Assembly: GCA_018396535.1 (NCBI GenBank)
Contig: JAGTQC010000004.1
Location: 64,001-128,000, forward strand
DNA from: Candidatus Bathyarchaeota archaeon
Lineage (GTDB): Archaea; Thermoproteota; CALKCG01; B24; DRYS01
Length of the DNA stretch: 64,000 nt
Direction of reading: 5' to 3'
A program made the position numbers and the translations under genes. Shown here piece by piece: positions 8,840 to 18,816 of the stretch; position 1 is the stretch's first letter, and the number at the start of each line of letters is the position of its first letter. The notes under the pieces were generated by a model. That model searched no databases and was not told the origin of the DNA. It saw only the letters and a program-made list of their open reading frames with translations.

Positions 8840-10344
8840 TTCTTAACCCTCCTAAGGAGTCTACTTACATCAGGTTCACTCATACCTGTTAGCATAGATG
8901 AGAAACGAGCTATCTTACGCAAATATTTTTCATAGATCGAGAAATACTCCCTAGCCTTCTCAACCCTCCTCTTATGTGAAAGATACTCTGAGAGTCTACG
9001 CGCAGCTATCCTTATAGCACGTGTTATCTCAGCTTCTATTTCAGGTCTATCTGCGATAAACTCTTTACCAAGAGTCCTATAGGGGATACGGGTTGAGCAT
9101 ATATGAACTATAACAGCTATAGGATCCTTTGCAGGATCTATCTTATAATGCTTCCAATCTATAATCTGGTTTACAACCTTCCACGATACATCGCTAGATT
9201 CATCGTAGAGTAGGGGTATCTTATTAGCGAACCTATAGAGGGTTATCCTACCCGTCTGAGGTATACCTCCACCATAGGCTAGAGCTACCTCTACTATAAA
9301 TGGGTAGCCTGAATAGGTGGAAGGCTTCCTCTGAATAGCTGTTACGAATTCTGGGTTCAACTCCTTCTTAACCCCCTCAACTAACAGTTCTTCTCCTAGA
9401 GGTGATAGGCATGATGGATCCGGTGGGAGGAATTCGTCGAAATTCTTTAAAGCATAGGCTAGATCTACTATCTCGCTAGGTGTTAGACTAGCTGGATCCC
9501 TAGCTGGATCTAGACTATACTTCTTCAAGAATTTATCTGTCGTAGCTTCTCCAACTCTATGGAAATTCTCTATCAAGAACTCTCTAAGAGTCTTACAGTT
9601 GGTTGAATTTATCATCTTACGTAGAGTTTCTACATCGACGCCGTGCGGATGGGGTTTAACTTCCCTAGAGGATGCTGGAAGCCTCCTAGTGCTACGCATA
9701 AACGTGTATAGGATACCGTATGGATCTATGAATGTAAGTTCAGCATATGGGTTAGCCATAGCAGTCTCCTTGAAGTATTCGATTATCTTAATAGATGATC
9801 GCTGGTAATCCCCCTCTAGGAATATCTCGATTATAGTCCCCCTCCATCTAGGGCTACCGTTACGATGCACATTCCTCTCCACGATTATAGGATTATTCTT
9901 CTCTATATCGATTAGCAGTCTATACTCGTAGATATACCTATCGCCTATACTCGATATTATATGTACAGGTCTATTAGTCGTTATCTGGCCATACAATATA
10001 GCCATCTTCCCTCCAAGCCCGAATATACCCCTCATCTGCTTCAACGTATGCTTAGATCCATAGAGTATCTTACCGAAAGCGTATGGTATATACTCGCCAG
10101 GTATACCTGAACCGTTATCTTCAACTCTTAGACGGTATACCTCGAATTCGAAACCCTCATCTCTAATCAAGCTTACATGTATATCTGGAGGTACTCCTAT
10201 AGATTCAGCTGCATCTAGGGAGTTCTCTACAAACTCTCTTATCGATGTATATACCGCTCTAGCCGGGTTTGTAAAACCTACTATCTCTCGATGCCTATAG
10301 AAGAATTCTGATGGGGATATTTCTCTAAACTCCTGTCTACTCAT
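8803..10344 (-). CDS. top6B: DNA topoisomerase VI subunit B
   Basis: GHKL motifs EFVENSLDA, EDNGSGI, RGIFGLG; RFANKIPLLYD. Confidence 0.96.
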   Translation of the reverse strand: MSRQEFREISPSEFFYRHREIVGFTNPARAVYTSIREFVENSLDAAESIGVPPDIHVSLIRDEGFEFEVYRLRVEDNGSGIPGEYIPYAFGKILYGSKHTLKQMRGIFGLGGKMAILYGQITTNRPVHIISSIGDRYIYEYRLLIDIEKNNPIIVERNVHRNGSPRWRGTIIEIFLEGDYQRSSIKIIEYFKETAMANPYAELTFIDPYGILYTFMRSTRRLPASSREVKPHPHGVDVETLRKMINSTNCKTLREFLIENFHRVGEATTDKFLKKYSLDPARDPASLTPSEIVDLAYALKNFDEFLPPDPSCLSPLGEELLVEGVKKELNPEFVTAIQRKPSTYSGYPFIVEVALAYGGGIPQTGRITLYRFANKIPLLYDESSDVSWKVVNQIIDWKHYKIDPAKDPIAVIVHICSTRIPYRTLGKEFIADRPEIEAEITRAIRIAARRLSEYLSHKRRVEKAREYFSIYEKYLRKIARFSSMLTGMSEPDVSRLLRRVKKWRGSKDIEGSL

Positions 10345-10406
10345 ACCAGGTTTTAACGTAGCTCTATTCGATGATAGACTATGATATAAGTGTGTTTATA
10401 TGTATA

Positions 10407-10985
10407 CTAGCCTAATTCTGGGGTGCGCCAGAATTCGAACTCCATCCTTTTTATTCTACGTCTCTCTCTGAATAGATACTTGAATACGGTGCTATGCTGC
10501 CTCCCCTCCAATAGCATCCTTATAGCTTGTCTAGCTACTTCAAACCCCTCCCCCGATCCTATTATCGCTATACTCTTGAGCTCATCGGATATGGATATGT
10601 AGCATCCTGTAAGCTCCTCTATAAGTGAACGTATCTTACCATCCCTACCTATTACACGTCCTAGAAGTCTCTCCACATGCGCTCCCTCTATACCTAGATC
10701 CTTCTCTAAATCTATAACTTCAAACATCGCATCCTCTTTAGCTAAGTAGAAAGCCTTCTCAGGTGAGAATCCTAAACCTATAGCGTAGACTATATTCTTA
10801 GCTATCATCATATCGGAGACAGTCTTAGATTCTTCATCTAATACTATCTCGATTCCACCCGAGTTTCCATCGATATAGAGCTTTACACCAAACTCCTTCT
10901 CTATCCTCTGTTTAACCGATCCTCCTCTACCTATCAGTACTCCTACTCTACTAGATGGTATCCTAACGAATACCTTATGAATCAT
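10407..10985 (-). CDS. KH-domain rRNA processing protein (Dim2/Pno1)
   Basis: RVGVLIGRGG, GFSPE and GRVIGRDG KH motifs; conserved neighbour of rio1 and top6B. Confidence 0.9.
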   Translation of the reverse strand: MIHKVFVRIPSSRVGVLIGRGGSVKQRIEKEFGVKLYIDGNSGGIEIVLDEESKTVSDMMIAKNIVYAIGLGFSPEKAFYLAKEDAMFEVIDLEKDLGIEGAHVERLLGRVIGRDGKIRSLIEELTGCYISISDELKSIAIIGSGEGFEVARQAIRMLLEGRQHSTVFKYLFRERRRIKRMEFEFWRTPELG

Positions 10986-11779
10986 AGTATCTCACCGCTA
11001 GCTATACGGCTAGCTAACGCCTCCTCATCATAGAGATCTATGTTGAACTTAGAGAAGAACGAGTTTATATTGCTTATATCTCTAACGAGGAGAAGGTATG
11101 CATTCGGATGTTCTATAGATAGAGCTTGGGATAGATCAAATATCACAGGCTCACTCCTCCAAAACATAATATTATACTCACTTAAATCTCCATGGACTAT
11201 CTCAGCTTTCACCCATAATAAGCTTATATACCTTACTATCTTCCTATAGACTTCTCCAGGATCATCTAATACGATATCCTTGAGTATAGGTGCAGGTACG
11301 CCATTATCGCCTATAAACTCCATAACCAATATATTATCCCTAACGACTATAGGTTTGGGTACGCGTATCCCAGCTTCATAAGCTTGCTCCAAATTCTTAA
11401 ATTCTTTAGAAGCCCAAAGTTTAATCAAAGCTCTAACATCCCGCTTTACTTTCTGAAACCTTGGATCTCCCTCTATGTATTTAAGCATAGATTTGCGTCC
11501 GAAAGCCGATGTAACTGTGAGATAGATCTTTACAGCTAAATCTTCACCTATCTTATTTTTAGCCCAATATACCCTAGATTCTTTACCTGAGCTAACTGCA
11601 CCATACACTCTATATATATACCCCTGCCTCATAAGCTTGTATAGAGATAAAAGTGTAGCTTTATCGAAAACCTCCTCTAATACCGCTTCCTCCTCATCTC
11701 TATCCCTTACTAGGTATCTATCCCTCTCCTCTATTCTTCGTTGCTTATACTCTAACTCTCTAGGCTCCTCCTCAGACAT
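10982..11779 (-). CDS. rio1: Serine/threonine kinase Rio1
   Basis: SSGKESRVY, AVKIY, W..KEFKNL, VHGDLSEYNI, IFDLSQA. Confidence 0.95.
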   Translation of the reverse strand: MSEEEPRELEYKQRRIEERDRYLVRDRDEEEAVLEEVFDKATLLSLYKLMRQGYIYRVYGAVSSGKESRVYWAKNKIGEDLAVKIYLTVTSAFGRKSMLKYIEGDPRFQKVKRDVRALIKLWASKEFKNLEQAYEAGIRVPKPIVVRDNILVMEFIGDNGVPAPILKDIVLDDPGEVYRKIVRYISLLWVKAEIVHGDLSEYNIMFWRSEPVIFDLSQALSIEHPNAYLLLVRDISNINSFFSKFNIDLYDEEALASRIASGEIL

Positions 11780-11905
11780 GATTCCTCCTACCGTTATACA
11801 TTTATAGCTACTAACTTAAATTGTATCGAGTAGATCTATTTCTGACTGTCTATGTATCCTTATATGATTTAGGTTTAATCTGTAGGCTATGTAGAGGAAT
11901 CCTCT

Positions 11906-12220
11906 TCAAATCTCTAGATTCTTTATATAACCATTCTTCTTAAGCCATTCTACATGGTTATCGGGGTACCTCCAAAGTATAGTTCCCCGTGTCTCCTTCT
12001 GGAACTCCCAAGGCTCTACTAGAACTATATCCCCCTCCTTAATCCATATCCTCCGTTTTATCTTTCCTCTTATACGGCATAGTCTTAGATAACCATCATC
12101 ACATCTGACGTACAACTTATCATCCCCTAGAAACTTCTCTACCACACCCACTACCTGTCCTGGAATCGGTATTATCAGATCTTTAAGCTCTTCTTCGCTT
12201 ATAACTTTCTTCTTTCCCAT
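11906..12220 (-). CDS. eif1a: Translation initiation factor aIF-1A
   Basis: CDDGYLRLCRIRGKIKRRIWIKEGDIVLVEPW. Confidence 0.95.
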   Translation of the reverse strand: MGKKKVISEEELKDLIIPIPGQVVGVVEKFLGDDKLYVRCDDGYLRLCRIRGKIKRRIWIKEGDIVLVEPWEFQKETRGTILWRYPDNHVEWLKKNGYIKNLEI

Positions 12221-12350
12221 TCCTCAAACCCCAGATATATGAGTATTGAAGATACTTATAAACCGATATATCCGACCGAAAAGTTGAAATTATACCTATA
12301 AGACTTTTTTATCCGTTCATCCCCTTCTCTAGGATGGAGTAGGGTAAGAT

Positions 12351-12917
12351 ATGTTTAAGGTCTATGAGGTAGAGGATGTAGCTAGAATCCCACCTTCATT
12401 ATTCGGTATGGATATTAGAGAAGCTGCTAAGAAGATTATAGAGGAGAAGTATCTACATATAGTCAACGAGGAGCTTGGATACATAGTAGCTATATTCGAT
12501 GTAGAAGTCGATCCGAAGGGGAAGCTTATAATCGGAGATGGAGCTACATATCATAAAGTTAGGTTTAAAGTTGTATCATTCCATCCATCTCTACAAGAGG
12601 TTGTAGAAGGTGATGTAGTCGATATACAGGAGTTCGGAGCTTTCGTAAGACTCGGACCTATAGATGCCTTCATCCATGTATCACAGATAGCAGACGACTA
12701 TATAGTCTACGATGAGACTCAGCCTGCATTCATATGTAAGAAGACTCGTAGAGTTCTACGTAGGGGTGATATAGTTAGAGCTAGGATTGTAGCTATTAGT
12801 TTATCAAGTGCAGCTAAGAGTAGGGTTGGTTTAACTATGAGGCAGCCGTTTCTAGGTAAACTCGAATGGATACAAGAGGATTTGAAGAAGTTAGAGGAAG
12901 CTAAAGCTAGTGGCTAG
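12351..12917 (+). CDS. rpoE1: RNA polymerase subunit Rpo7 (E')
   Basis: RIPP, GDGATYH, S1 domain FGAFVRLGPIDAFIHVSQI, LTMRQPFLGKLEWI. Confidence 0.96.
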   Translation: MFKVYEVEDVARIPPSLFGMDIREAAKKIIEEKYLHIVNEELGYIVAIFDVEVDPKGKLIIGDGATYHKVRFKVVSFHPSLQEVVEGDVVDIQEFGAFVRLGPIDAFIHVSQIADDYIVYDETQPAFICKKTRRVLRRGDIVRARIVAISLSSAAKSRVGLTMRQPFLGKLEWIQEDLKKLEEAKASG

Positions 12918-12931
12918 CCTGGTGGTGGGTT

Positions 12932-13135
12932 ATGGTGGAGATGGCGTGTCGTAATTGTAGGCAGATATTTGATATACCTAAGGGTATACCGCATATATGT
13001 CCTAATTGTAAGTTACCAACTCTCACAACCGAATGGTCTGGCTTAGTAGTTATAATAGATGTTGAGGATAGCGTGATCGCTAGGGAGATCGGAGCTACTA
13101 AGCCTGGTAGGTACGCCGTAAGGATTGGACGTTAG
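12932..13135 (+). CDS. spt4: Transcription elongation factor Spt4 (RpoE'')
   Basis: ACRNC...CPNC...WSGLVVIID...PGRYAVRI; directly after rpo7. Confidence 0.93.
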   Translation: MVEMACRNCRQIFDIPKGIPHICPNCKLPTLTTEWSGLVVIIDVEDSVIAREIGATKPGRYAVRIGR

Positions 13136-13176
13136 CTTTTTATCGATCAGATACGTTTAGCTCATCTAGAAAGTAT

Positions 13177-13959
13177 TTGAGAAGATTATCGACTGGTATA
13201 CCTGAGTTAGATAATTTAATAGCTGGCGGTATACCTGAAGGCTTCCTCATAGCTCTAACTGGGGAGCCTGGTACTGGTAAGACTATACTTTGTATGCACT
13301 TCATCTCTCAAGGCTTAAAGGAGGGTAGTGGATGTATATATGTTACGACAGAGGAAGATAGAGACTCCATAGTCAATCAAGCAGAACAGTTTAATCTAGG
13401 ATTCGAAGATGGTTTGAAGAAAGGTAAACTCATAGTTATAGATGCGCTAACAGGTTCAGGTGATTGGAGTATCGATACGCTAGATGTAGAGAAGCTTGTA
13501 TCTAAGATTATAGAGGCTAAGAAGGTATTAGGCTATAGTCATGCTAGACTCGTTATAGATAGTCTCTCAGCATTCTGGCTTGATAAACCTGCTATGGCTA
13601 GAAGATACTCGTATAGTATTAAACGGATACTTTCTAGATGGAATTTAACAATACTAGCTACATCTCAATATGCTATAACTACAGCTGATGCGTTCGGTTT
13701 CGGTGTCGAGCATATAGCTGATGGTATAATAAGATTCAGGAGGATTGTGAGAGGAGGGGTGCTCCATAGGTATCTAATCGTAGAGAAGATGAGGCAGACA
13801 CCTCATAGCCTATACATGTATGAGATAGCTATAGTAGATGGTAAAGGTTTAACGCTAATTAGACCTGCTGCTATTAGGATTGAAGATACATCTATACCTA
13901 AAGCAGTTAAGGATATGGTCAAAAGATCTCGTGAAAAAGTTGAACAAGAAGTAGGCTAA
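13177..13959 (+). CDS. KaiC/RAD55-like RecA-superfamily ATPase
   Basis: RLSTGIPELD, GEPGTGKT, YVTTEE, LVIDSLS, EHIADGII, VEKMRQT. Confidence 0.9.
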   Translation: MRRLSTGIPELDNLIAGGIPEGFLIALTGEPGTGKTILCMHFISQGLKEGSGCIYVTTEEDRDSIVNQAEQFNLGFEDGLKKGKLIVIDALTGSGDWSIDTLDVEKLVSKIIEAKKVLGYSHARLVIDSLSAFWLDKPAMARRYSYSIKRILSRWNLTILATSQYAITTADAFGFGVEHIADGIIRFRRIVRGGVLHRYLIVEKMRQTPHSLYMYEIAIVDGKGLTLIRPAAIRIEDTSIPKAVKDMVKRSREKVEQEVG

Positions 13960-13961
13960 CC

Positions 13962-14993
13962 CTACCTATGTGTGAGTTCTCCAGCTTTTTCAGCTATACG
14001 TCTAGCCATATCTAATGTAGAAGCGTTTCCTCCAAGATCATATGTAACGTATACCCCTTCAGCTATAACATCCTCTGTCGCTTGGAATATCGCCTTACCT
14101 AGATCTTCTTCACCAAGATATTCAAGCATCCATGCAGCTGATAGTATCATAGCCGTAGGGTTAACTTTGTACAGACCCTTATACTTTGGAGCACTTCCGT
14201 GAGCTGGCTCGAACATAGCGTAGCTATCTCCGAAATTACCAGAGTATATACATCCTATACTAGCGACTAAAGCTGCGGCCTCCTCTGAGATTATATCCAT
14301 GAATAGATTCGTACCGAGTATAACATTCTGATTAAATCTTTGAGGATTCTTAACCAGTTGTTGAGCCATGTTATCTATGAAATACTCCTCGTAGGATATA
14401 CCTGGATAAGATTTAGATATTCTATCGACAGACTCTATGAATATACCGTCACATTCTCTCATAATGTTACGCTTAGTAACAACTATAACTTTGCTCCATC
14501 CTCTCTTCTTAGCTATCTCGAAAGCTACACGTGCAACCCTCTCAGATTGTCTAGCTGTAATCTTCCTTATAGCTATAGCTACATCATCAGAAAGCCTATA
14601 CTCTATACCAGAGTATAATCCCTCAGTAGCTTCTCTAACGCATACAAAATCGACTTCACCAAGCCTACCGATCGTACCTTTAAAGGTCTTTATAGGTCTT
14701 ACGTTAGCATATAGATCAAACCTTTGTCTTATACTAACGGGTACGCTCTTAGGAGCCCATCTTTCAGGTATGGTTGTAGTAGGAGCTTTAAGACATGCAT
14801 TACTTTCCTCTAGAATCTTCCACGATTCAGGTGGTATCATAGTATCTCCACCATGCTTAAGCCACCATTCATAGCCTGCTTCACACTCTACTATCTCTAT
14901 ATCCGGGTTTACCGCATCTAAGACTAGTAAAGCTGCTTCTGCAACTTCAGGTCCTATACCATCACCCCTAATTAGAGCTACACGCTTAGTCAA
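13962..14993 (-). CDS. Isocitrate/isopropylmalate dehydrogenase family protein (possibly homoisocitrate dehydrogenase)
   Basis: GDGIGPEV, YANVRP, REATEGLY, FEPAHGSAPK; lies downstream of lysY/lysJ-type genes. Confidence 0.85.
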   Translation of the reverse strand: MTKRVALIRGDGIGPEVAEAALLVLDAVNPDIEIVECEAGYEWWLKHGGDTMIPPESWKILEESNACLKAPTTTIPERWAPKSVPVSIRQRFDLYANVRPIKTFKGTIGRLGEVDFVCVREATEGLYSGIEYRLSDDVAIAIRKITARQSERVARVAFEIAKKRGWSKVIVVTKRNIMRECDGIFIESVDRISKSYPGISYEEYFIDNMAQQLVKNPQRFNQNVILGTNLFMDIISEEAAALVASIGCIYSGNFGDSYAMFEPAHGSAPKYKGLYKVNPTAMILSAAWMLEYLGEEDLGKAIFQATEDVIAEGVYVTYDLGGNASTLDMARRIAEKAGELTHR

Positions 14994-15077
14994 AGCTAAA
15001 CACCTTTTACTCCCTCATCAAAGTATTGTTGTAGAAAAATTTTTCGCTTAGAATACTAGTTTGAACACTGTATAGCT

Positions 15078-16310
15078 CTACTCTTTAATAGGATGTACTC
15101 TCGTTTTCAGCTTCTCCTCCTCTACAGCTACAAGCTTCTCTAGTATGGATACAGCATATTCAACCTCATCCCTACCTATAACTAGTGGTGGTAGTAGCCT
15201 TACCGTAGTCCTGCCAGAGTATAGTATAAGAAGACCATTAGCTGCTGCACCTAGAACTACATCCTTTACAGGTAGTCTTAGATCGAAAGCCAGCATCAAG
15301 CCTAAGCCTCTTATCTCCCTAACAACTCTATACTTGGATAATCTATCTTGTAGCATACGCTTGAATATAGATCCGATCTCCGATGCTCTTTCTGCTAGAT
15401 TCTCGGAGATCAGTACGTCTATAGTAGCTGAACCAGCTGCGCAAGCTATAGGGTTCCCTCCGAAGGTTGACGTATGTTCACCTATGGATAGCTTATCCAT
15501 TATATCCTTTGATGCTATCGTAGCCCCTATCGGTATACCTGATGCTAAACCTTTAGCTACGCATAGTATATCTGGTATCACCCCCCAGTGTTGAGAAGCC
15601 CACATTTTTCCAGTCCTACAAAGACCGCATTGAATTTCATCAACTATCAAGAGTATACCCTTTTCATCACATACCTCCCTAACCTCCCTTAGATAGCTAT
15701 CTGGAGGTATCTTTACACCCGCCTCACCCTGTACCGGCTCTACTACCACGGCTGCTACGTCATTAGTAGCTAAGCTTCTCAGTTTATCTATATCACCATA
15801 GGGTGCAAATCTAACTTCCCCTATCAATGGTTCGAAGGGGCGTCTATAATCCTCACGCCATGTAACCGATAAGGCGCCCATAGTCTTACCATGATAACCC
15901 CCCATCATCGATATGAAAACCTTTCTACCCGTATACTTCCTAGCAATCTTTAAAGCTGCTTCGATAGCTTCGGCTCCACTATTAGATAGGAAGACTTTAT
16001 CTAAGCCTCTCGGAGCTATCGATACAAGCTTCTCTATGAATTCAGCTCTAGCATCGTTATACATCGATCCATGGCATACTATAAGTTTCTCAGCTTGTCT
16101 TACTATAGCTTCTACTATTTTAGGATGACAATGCCCTACGAGAGCAACACCATATCCACTCATACAATCTACATACTCCCTACCATCGGCATCCCATATT
16201 TTAGCTCCTCTACCCCTGATAGCGACTACAGGAATCTTGCTATATGTTGGTGCTAGTATTCTATTCTCCACATCCACTACTCTATGCTGGTCTACATCGT
16301 ATTTACCCAT
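15078..16310 (-). CDS. lysJ: [LysW]-aminoadipate semialdehyde / acetylornithine aminotransferase (LysJ/ArgD)
   Basis: Class III PLP enzyme: NSGAEAIE, YHGKT, EPVQGEAG, DEIQCG, AKGLASG, HTSTFGGNP. Confidence 0.85.
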   Translation of the reverse strand: MGKYDVDQHRVVDVENRILAPTYSKIPVVAIRGRGAKIWDADGREYVDCMSGYGVALVGHCHPKIVEAIVRQAEKLIVCHGSMYNDARAEFIEKLVSIAPRGLDKVFLSNSGAEAIEAALKIARKYTGRKVFISMMGGYHGKTMGALSVTWREDYRRPFEPLIGEVRFAPYGDIDKLRSLATNDVAAVVVEPVQGEAGVKIPPDSYLREVREVCDEKGILLIVDEIQCGLCRTGKMWASQHWGVIPDILCVAKGLASGIPIGATIASKDIMDKLSIGEHTSTFGGNPIACAAGSATIDVLISENLAERASEIGSIFKRMLQDRLSKYRVVREIRGLGLMLAFDLRLPVKDVVLGAAANGLLILYSGRTTVRLLPPLVIGRDEVEYAVSILEKLVAVEEEKLKTRVHPIKE

Positions 16311-16327
16311 ATCCTATACGCATCCTC

Positions 16328-17377
16328 CTAAACAGGGTGTAAACTAGGTATTCTAAGAGCTTCCGTTTCATCGAAACCGAACATTATATTCATACATTGA
16401 ACCGCAGATCCGGCTGCACCTTTAACCAGGTTATCTATAGCTGATAATACTACGATTCTACCTGTATGCTCATCTATCTCGAAACCTATATCGCAAAAGT
16501 TTGATCCTACAACAGCTTTAGGATCCGGATACCTGAATAACCCCTTCCTATCCCTTACGAATCTTATGAACGGCTCGCCTCTATAAAACCCTCTATATAT
16601 CTTCCATAGATCTTTAATATCTAGGCTTCTAGTAGGGTATACATGGCATGTAGCTAATATACCTCTAACCATATCTACTGCATGAGCTGAAAAACCAACT
16701 TTAACAGGGTTTCCAAGCTTTCCAAGCTCCTGCTCTATCTCTGCTACATGTCTATGTCCTGCAGGAGCATAGGGTCTAACTACGTTAGCTCTCTCAGAAT
16801 GGTGTGATGATAAGCTTCTAGATAGGCCGGCTCCAGAAGAGCCTATCTTAACATCGACTACTAGATAATCACCTTGTATAAGCTTCTCTTTAGCTAGGGG
16901 GGCGAGTCCTAGTATAGCTGCTGTAGCCATGCATCCTGGGCATGCAATTAGTCTAGCTGAACGTATCCTATCTCTGTAAAGCTCTGGTAAGCCGTATACA
17001 GCCTCCTCTAGGAGTTTAGGATAGGGGTGGCTCCAATTATACCATCTCCTATATTCATCCGGATTTTTAAGCCTGAAATCTGGGCTTAAATCTATAACCC
17101 TGATACCTGATTCTAGAAGTTTAGGTGTAAGTTCAGATGAAACTTTAGCAGGTGTTGATAGGAATACTACATCGCATTTCGTAAGCCTATCTATATTAGG
17201 TATTTCGAATCTGAGCATGGTTAAGCCTCTAAGATTTGGATGTACTGTGTGAAGATATTCTCCAGCGTTAGTTCTAGATGTAGCTATCTCTAATTCTACA
17301 TTCCTATGTGTTAGGAGTATTCTAAGTAGTTCTCCTCCTGTAAAACCTGATGCGCCTACCACCGCTACCTTAACCAT
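16328..17377 (-). CDS. lysY: [LysW]-aminoadipyl/glutamyl-phosphate reductase (LysY/ArgC)
   Basis: VGASGFTGGELLRIL, IDLSPDFRL, YGLPEL, ACPGC, HRH, IDNLVKGAAG. Confidence 0.9.
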   Translation of the reverse strand: MVKVAVVGASGFTGGELLRILLTHRNVELEIATSRTNAGEYLHTVHPNLRGLTMLRFEIPNIDRLTKCDVVFLSTPAKVSSELTPKLLESGIRVIDLSPDFRLKNPDEYRRWYNWSHPYPKLLEEAVYGLPELYRDRIRSARLIACPGCMATAAILGLAPLAKEKLIQGDYLVVDVKIGSSGAGLSRSLSSHHSERANVVRPYAPAGHRHVAEIEQELGKLGNPVKVGFSAHAVDMVRGILATCHVYPTRSLDIKDLWKIYRGFYRGEPFIRFVRDRKGLFRYPDPKAVVGSNFCDIGFEIDEHTGRIVVLSAIDNLVKGAAGSAVQCMNIMFGFDETEALRIPSLHPV

Positions 17378-17446
17378 AGGGTACACCTCTCGATTATACA
17401 GTCTTAGTTGGGTATCCTAACCGGATGACAGATATATCTACTGATA

Positions 17447-17475
17447 AACTTTCCCCTTTTATGAAGGGTAAAGTT
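17447..17475. promoter_or_regulatory. Inverted repeat in the divergent lysY / rps24e promoter region
   Basis: AACTTTCCCCTT-N5-AAGGGTAAAGTT (12-bp arms, 1 mismatch); could be back-to-back BRE/TATA elements or an operator. Confidence 0.4.
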
Positions 17476-17512
17476 AAAATATAGGGTTGATGAAATGCTG
17501 CATAGCTAGGGT

Positions 17513-17806
17513 ATGGAGGTAAAGATAGTAGAGGAGAGGTATAACCCACTGTTATGTAGGAGGGAGATAAGGTTTCTAGTCGAGCATAGGGGTAGATCTA
17601 CGCCTATCAAATTCGAGGTTAGGAAGTATCTAGCTGCTATGTTTAATACAGATCTAAGCCTAGTATACATCATAAGGTTTGTTACTAAAACTTCGACTAA
17701 CCTATCTGAAGGTCTATGCCATGTATATGATAGTAAGGAGTATGTAGAACGTCTAGTACCAGATTTTATACGGAGGAAGAATGAGTCTACGCAATCTGGA
17801 GGTTGA
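17513..17806 (+). CDS. rps24e: 30S ribosomal protein S24e
   Basis: ERYNPLLCRREI, STP, CHVYD. Confidence 0.92.
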   Translation: MEVKIVEERYNPLLCRREIRFLVEHRGRSTPIKFEVRKYLAAMFNTDLSLVYIIRFVTKTSTNLSEGLCHVYDSKEYVERLVPDFIRRKNESTQSGG

Positions 17807-17812
17807 TAGAGG

Positions 17813-18013
17813 GTGGCTAGCTCTAGAAGGAAGAGGGGGTTATGGTCTCTATTCGAGTATGATTATAGGACTGGAGTTATAAAGCTTAAAGCAGAGTATT
17901 GTCCACGTTGTAGATCTATCATGGCATTCCATAAGGAGCCTGTAGCTAGATGGTATTGTGGTAGATGCCATTATACAGAGTATGTTAGGATTAGGAGGAG
18001 GGCGTCAACCTAG
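17813..18013 (+). CDS. rps27ae: 30S ribosomal protein S27ae (eS31)
   Basis: CPRC..MAFH...RWYCGRCHYT zinc ribbon, following S24e. Confidence 0.92.
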   Translation: MASSRRKRGLWSLFEYDYRTGVIKLKAEYCPRCRSIMAFHKEPVARWYCGRCHYTEYVRIRRRAST

Positions 18014-18054
18014 CTATCTAGGCTCAAACATATAAGGAACCCTATAATATATGG

Positions 18055-18816
18055 ATGTTTAAGGTTATGAAGACTCTACTTCAAGTCGAGAATCTATCTG
18101 TGAATGTAGGATCTACATGTATAATTAGAGGGTTAAACCTATCCGTCGATAAGGGTGAGGTTATCCTACTCTTAGGTCCAAACGGGTCTGGTAAATCTAC
18201 ATTCCTCCATGCGTTGATAGGTGATCCGAGGTATAGGATATCGTCTGGTAGGATAATATTCGATGGTATAGATGTATCATCGATGCCTATGACGGATAGG
18301 GTTAAGCTAGGGTTGAGTTTAGGTTTACAGTTTCCACCTAGGATTAAGGGTATAACTCTAAGATTTCTAGCTGAGAGGATTTTAGAGAGGAGGGGTGTTA
18401 CCAGTAGTGTTATCAGTAGCGTTATCGAGGGGTATTCGCGTATGTTGAATCTTGGTGGTCTTCTCGATAAGGATCTTTATGTAGGTTTTAGTGGTGGGGA
18501 GATTAAGAGAGCTGAGCTTATGATTACGCTTATCCAAGCTCCTAAGCTTCTTATGCTTGATGAACCTGATTCCGGTGTTGATGTAGAGAATCTAGCTTTG
18601 GTAGGTTCGGCTATTTCGAAATATCTATCTGAGGATGTTGGTAGATCTGCGATTATAATAACGCATACAGGGTATATAGCTAGGTATGTTAAAGCTACTA
18701 AAGCATATGTTATGGTGAATGGTAGGATAGTATGTAGGGGTGATCCTGAGATCCTTGTATCTAATATCCTAGAGCATGGGTTTGAGAAATGTTTTAGATG
18801 TGAGGGGATGATCTAG
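18055..18816 (+). CDS. sufC: Fe-S assembly ATPase SufC
   Basis: GPNGSGKST, FQFP-like motif, VGFSGGEIKRAE, LDEPDSGVD; paired with sufB. Confidence 0.9.
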   Translation: MFKVMKTLLQVENLSVNVGSTCIIRGLNLSVDKGEVILLLGPNGSGKSTFLHALIGDPRYRISSGRIIFDGIDVSSMPMTDRVKLGLSLGLQFPPRIKGITLRFLAERILERRGVTSSVISSVIEGYSRMLNLGGLLDKDLYVGFSGGEIKRAELMITLIQAPKLLMLDEPDSGVDVENLALVGSAISKYLSEDVGRSAIIITHTGYIARYVKATKAYVMVNGRIVCRGDPEILVSNILEHGFEKCFRCEGMI

